This document shows positions 62,498 through 64,000 of a stretch of DNA of 64,000 nt, one piece after another; position 1 is the stretch's first letter, and each line of letters starts with the position of its first letter. Source of the stretch: a virus; the IMG/VR virus record IMGVR_UViG_3300045988_107814, positions 154,922 through 218,921 of that record, one strand, 5' to 3'. The position numbers and the translations under genes are program-made. The notes under the pieces are model-generated. The model was not told the origin of the DNA and did not search any database. It was given only the letters and a program-made list of their open reading frames with translations.

Positions 62498-62556
62498 AAT
62501 ATTATAATAGTGATAGGATACGAAAATCGTTATAAAGTACACGTCCTATATGGAGG
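62498..62556 (+). promoter_or_regulatory. class-B promoter box plus conserved leader, copy 3
   Basis: AAATATTATAATAGTGATAGGATACGAAAATCGTTATAAAGTACACGTCCTATATGGAGG. Confidence 0.55.
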
Positions 62557-62562
62557 TTTAAT

Positions 62563-63060
62563 ATGAATATTAACTTTAAAGATTATCTTGCTCTGAGATA
62601 TGTATCTGATAAAGATATTAGTCCAGAGTATGCGGTAGAAGAAATTAACAAAAAATTTTATAGAGTTGAAGAAGTATCAGTAGATGAAATAATTGATACT
62701 AATGGGCCTGACTTTGATGGTGTATTTAAAACAGATAAACTTTATAAATTCACCGGCCATTGTTCTATCGACAGGCAATTTATTTCATATTATGTCGATT
62801 ATAGAAAGATCGGGTACAAGTTTACATTATCTTTCTATATTAATGGTAAGAAAATAAAAGTTAAAGGTGACTGTGTTAAGAGATTAATTTCTCTTATACA
62901 AACATCCGAAGATGATTCTGATAATGATAGAACTATTGATCTGTTAAAAGAAGAGTCTGAGATGGATTTGACAGTGTATTTCAGACTTATTGATTTAGAC
63001 AGATTCAATGATCTTCGTCATAAATACTTTTTACTTTCTAAAGAGGATTTAATGTCATAA
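62563..63060 (+). CDS. hypothetical protein
   Basis: 165-aa ORF, TGGAGG SD supplied by the class-B leader. Confidence 0.7.
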   Translation: MNINFKDYLALRYVSDKDISPEYAVEEINKKFYRVEEVSVDEIIDTNGPDFDGVFKTDKLYKFTGHCSIDRQFISYYVDYRKIGYKFTLSFYINGKKIKVKGDCVKRLISLIQTSEDDSDNDRTIDLLKEESEMDLTVYFRLIDLDRFNDLRHKYFLLSKEDLMS

Positions 63061-63110
63061 TTAATAAAAGGGGTTTAATAAATTTTGACAAATAACAGGA
63101 GGAAATAATT

Positions 63111-63518
63111 ATGTTGTTTGATGTAAAGAGTATTGTTGAAGCGTTAAAAGAAGAAGGTATTTTGTATGATAACCATACTGTATTACCTAAATATTTTGAA
63201 GTCTATATTATCAAGATTATAACAGATGAAGGAAAAGAATATTATTTTACCTTACCACTAAGTCTTTTTATTAAAAATGATGGTGCTAATATTGCTATTA
63301 AAAATATAATTGAGTATCATATTGGTAGTGATATTGAAACTATAAATAGTATAAAGGAAATCATCATTATTCTAGACTATAAGGTCTATCATAAATATTT
63401 CAAAACTTCTAAAGGTATGTATGATAAAATGATCTATATTGAGAAAGGTGTTAAATACGGTCCTTGTCTATATAGAGAAGATTTTAAATACAAAGAAACT
63501 TCTATAAGAAAAATATAA
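63111..63518 (+). CDS. hypothetical protein
   Basis: 135-aa ORF, CAGGAGG SD. Confidence 0.7.
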   Translation: MLFDVKSIVEALKEEGILYDNHTVLPKYFEVYIIKIITDEGKEYYFTLPLSLFIKNDGANIAIKNIIEYHIGSDIETINSIKEIIIILDYKVYHKYFKTSKGMYDKMIYIEKGVKYGPCLYREDFKYKETSIRKI

Positions 63519-63526
63519 AAAGAAAT

Positions 63527-63551
63527 AAAGCTGGACTTTACATCCAGCTTT
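63527..63551. terminator. bidirectional terminator between convergent genes
   Basis: AAAGCTGGA ctttaca TCCAGCTTT followed by ATTTTTTG; T-rich on the other strand too. Confidence 0.8.
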
Positions 63552-63560
63552 ATTTTTTGT

Positions 63561-63824
63561 TTACTTAATTTCAGATGTTTTTACCCAACCAGTTACATAG
63601 TTACCGATAGGAGTTCTACCTACATTGATAGTAGAGTTTGTAATACGAATTCTTCCGTTAGAAATCTCGTTACTATAGATGTAATAAGTACCAGACTTCT
63701 TGCCACCAGATGTAGCAGTAGCAGAAGAATATAAAGTAGCATTACTTAAAGTTACCTTAGTACCAGCTGTTAAAGTTTTCTTAACAGGTGCAGATGTTGC
63801 AGTTCCTTTGACAGCAGATACATC
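63561..63824 (-). pseudogene. out-of-frame terminal SH3b-like cell-wall-binding repeat (87-codon ORF; frameshifted continuation of the gene at 63757-64000)
   Basis: Read by hand; absent from the supplied ORF track. From aa ~17 it encodes KTLTAGTKVTLSNATLYSSATATSGGKKSGTYYIYSNEISNGRIRITNSTINVGRTPIGNYVTGWVKTSEIK. This is nearly identical to the repeat encoded upstream in another frame. Confidence 0.6.
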
Positions 63825-64000
63825 AACCCAACCAGTTACATAGTTACCGATAGGAGTTCTACCTACATTACTAGCAGAGTTAGTAATACGAATCTTATTG
63901 TTTATAACTTCACTACTATAGATATAATAAGTACCAGACTTCTTACCACCAGATGTAGCAGTAGCAGAAGAATATAAAGTAGCATTACTTAAAGTTACCT
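63584..64000. repeat. tandem direct repeat, period 244 bp (not a multiple of 3)
   Basis: CCCAACCAGTTACATAGTTACCGATAGGAGTTCTACCTACATT occurs at 63584 and again at 63828. The ~170 nt shared within the window are near-identical. Confidence 0.85.
63757..64000 (-). CDS. C-terminal part of a protein with tandem SH3b-like cell-wall-binding repeats (probable endolysin or wall-binding protein); 5' end outside the window
   Basis: Open frame from the window end to TAA at 63759-63757. Reads VTLSNATLYSSATATSGGKKSGTYYIYSSEVINNKIRITNSASNVGRTPIGNYVTGWVDVSAVKGTATSAPVKENFNSWY*. Confidence 0.6.

Noticed and set aside
62472-62508. Sigma-70-like TTGACC ... TATAAT pair upstream of gene 62563
   Set aside because: The spacing is about 25 bp, outside the functional 16-18 bp range. 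The TATAAT is part of the ATAATAGTGA box shared with other leaders that lack any -35.
1-64000. Stop-codon reassignment or suppressor tRNA, as in some large gut phages
   Set aside because: Genes of 2-4.7 kb are uninterrupted under the standard code, and conserved enzymes end where expected. The only tRNA is an ordinary tRNA-Gln(UUG).
1-64000. CRISPR array, diversity-generating retroelement, integrase or attachment site
   Set aside because: The repeats found are dispersed regulatory elements with irregular spacing, or an in-gene tandem repeat. No reverse transcriptase, Cas or recombinase motifs were seen in any frame.

Overview
Strongly AT-rich, almost gap-free coding sequence: about 62 protein genes and one tRNA, with no rRNA, CRISPR array or integrase. 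It reads as an internal segment of a large virulent tailed phage whose gene content is jumbo-phage-like. The host is probably a low-GC Gram-positive (Clostridia-like) bacterium. Almost every gene has a GGAGG-type Shine-Dalgarno 6-10 nt upstream, terminators are classic hairpin plus T-run, and host-contact genes carry BspA-type LRR, SH3b-like and 3D (YocH/MltA-like) domains. Recognised by motif: an NAD-type DNA ligase, a UvsX/RecA-like recombinase, type IIA topoisomerase A and B subunits, Dda/RecD-like and DnaB-like helicases, an SbcD/Mre11-like nuclease, a T4 gp21-like prohead protease and an FtsZ/tubulin-family GTPase. There are also pieces of a fragmented multisubunit RNA polymerase: beta C-half, beta' N-part, beta' middle part, and an extra degenerate beta C-terminal fragment. 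Other notable genes are a TARG1/DarG-like macrodomain, a MazF/PemK-like domain fused to an unknown C-terminal half, a RelE/ParE-like ORF coupled to the topoisomerase A gene, a Gln/Pro/Met-rich low-complexity protein, two giant (1530 and 1573 aa) presumed virion proteins, and lysis candidates. The non-coding DNA is unusually informative. It holds two families of conserved structured 5' leaders behind an ATTATAGTGA promoter-like box, a thrice-repeated terminator+promoter cassette, and a recurrent 16-nt minus-strand motif. All product calls rest on remembered family motifs read from the translations, not on database searches. Roughly half of the genes remain hypothetical.
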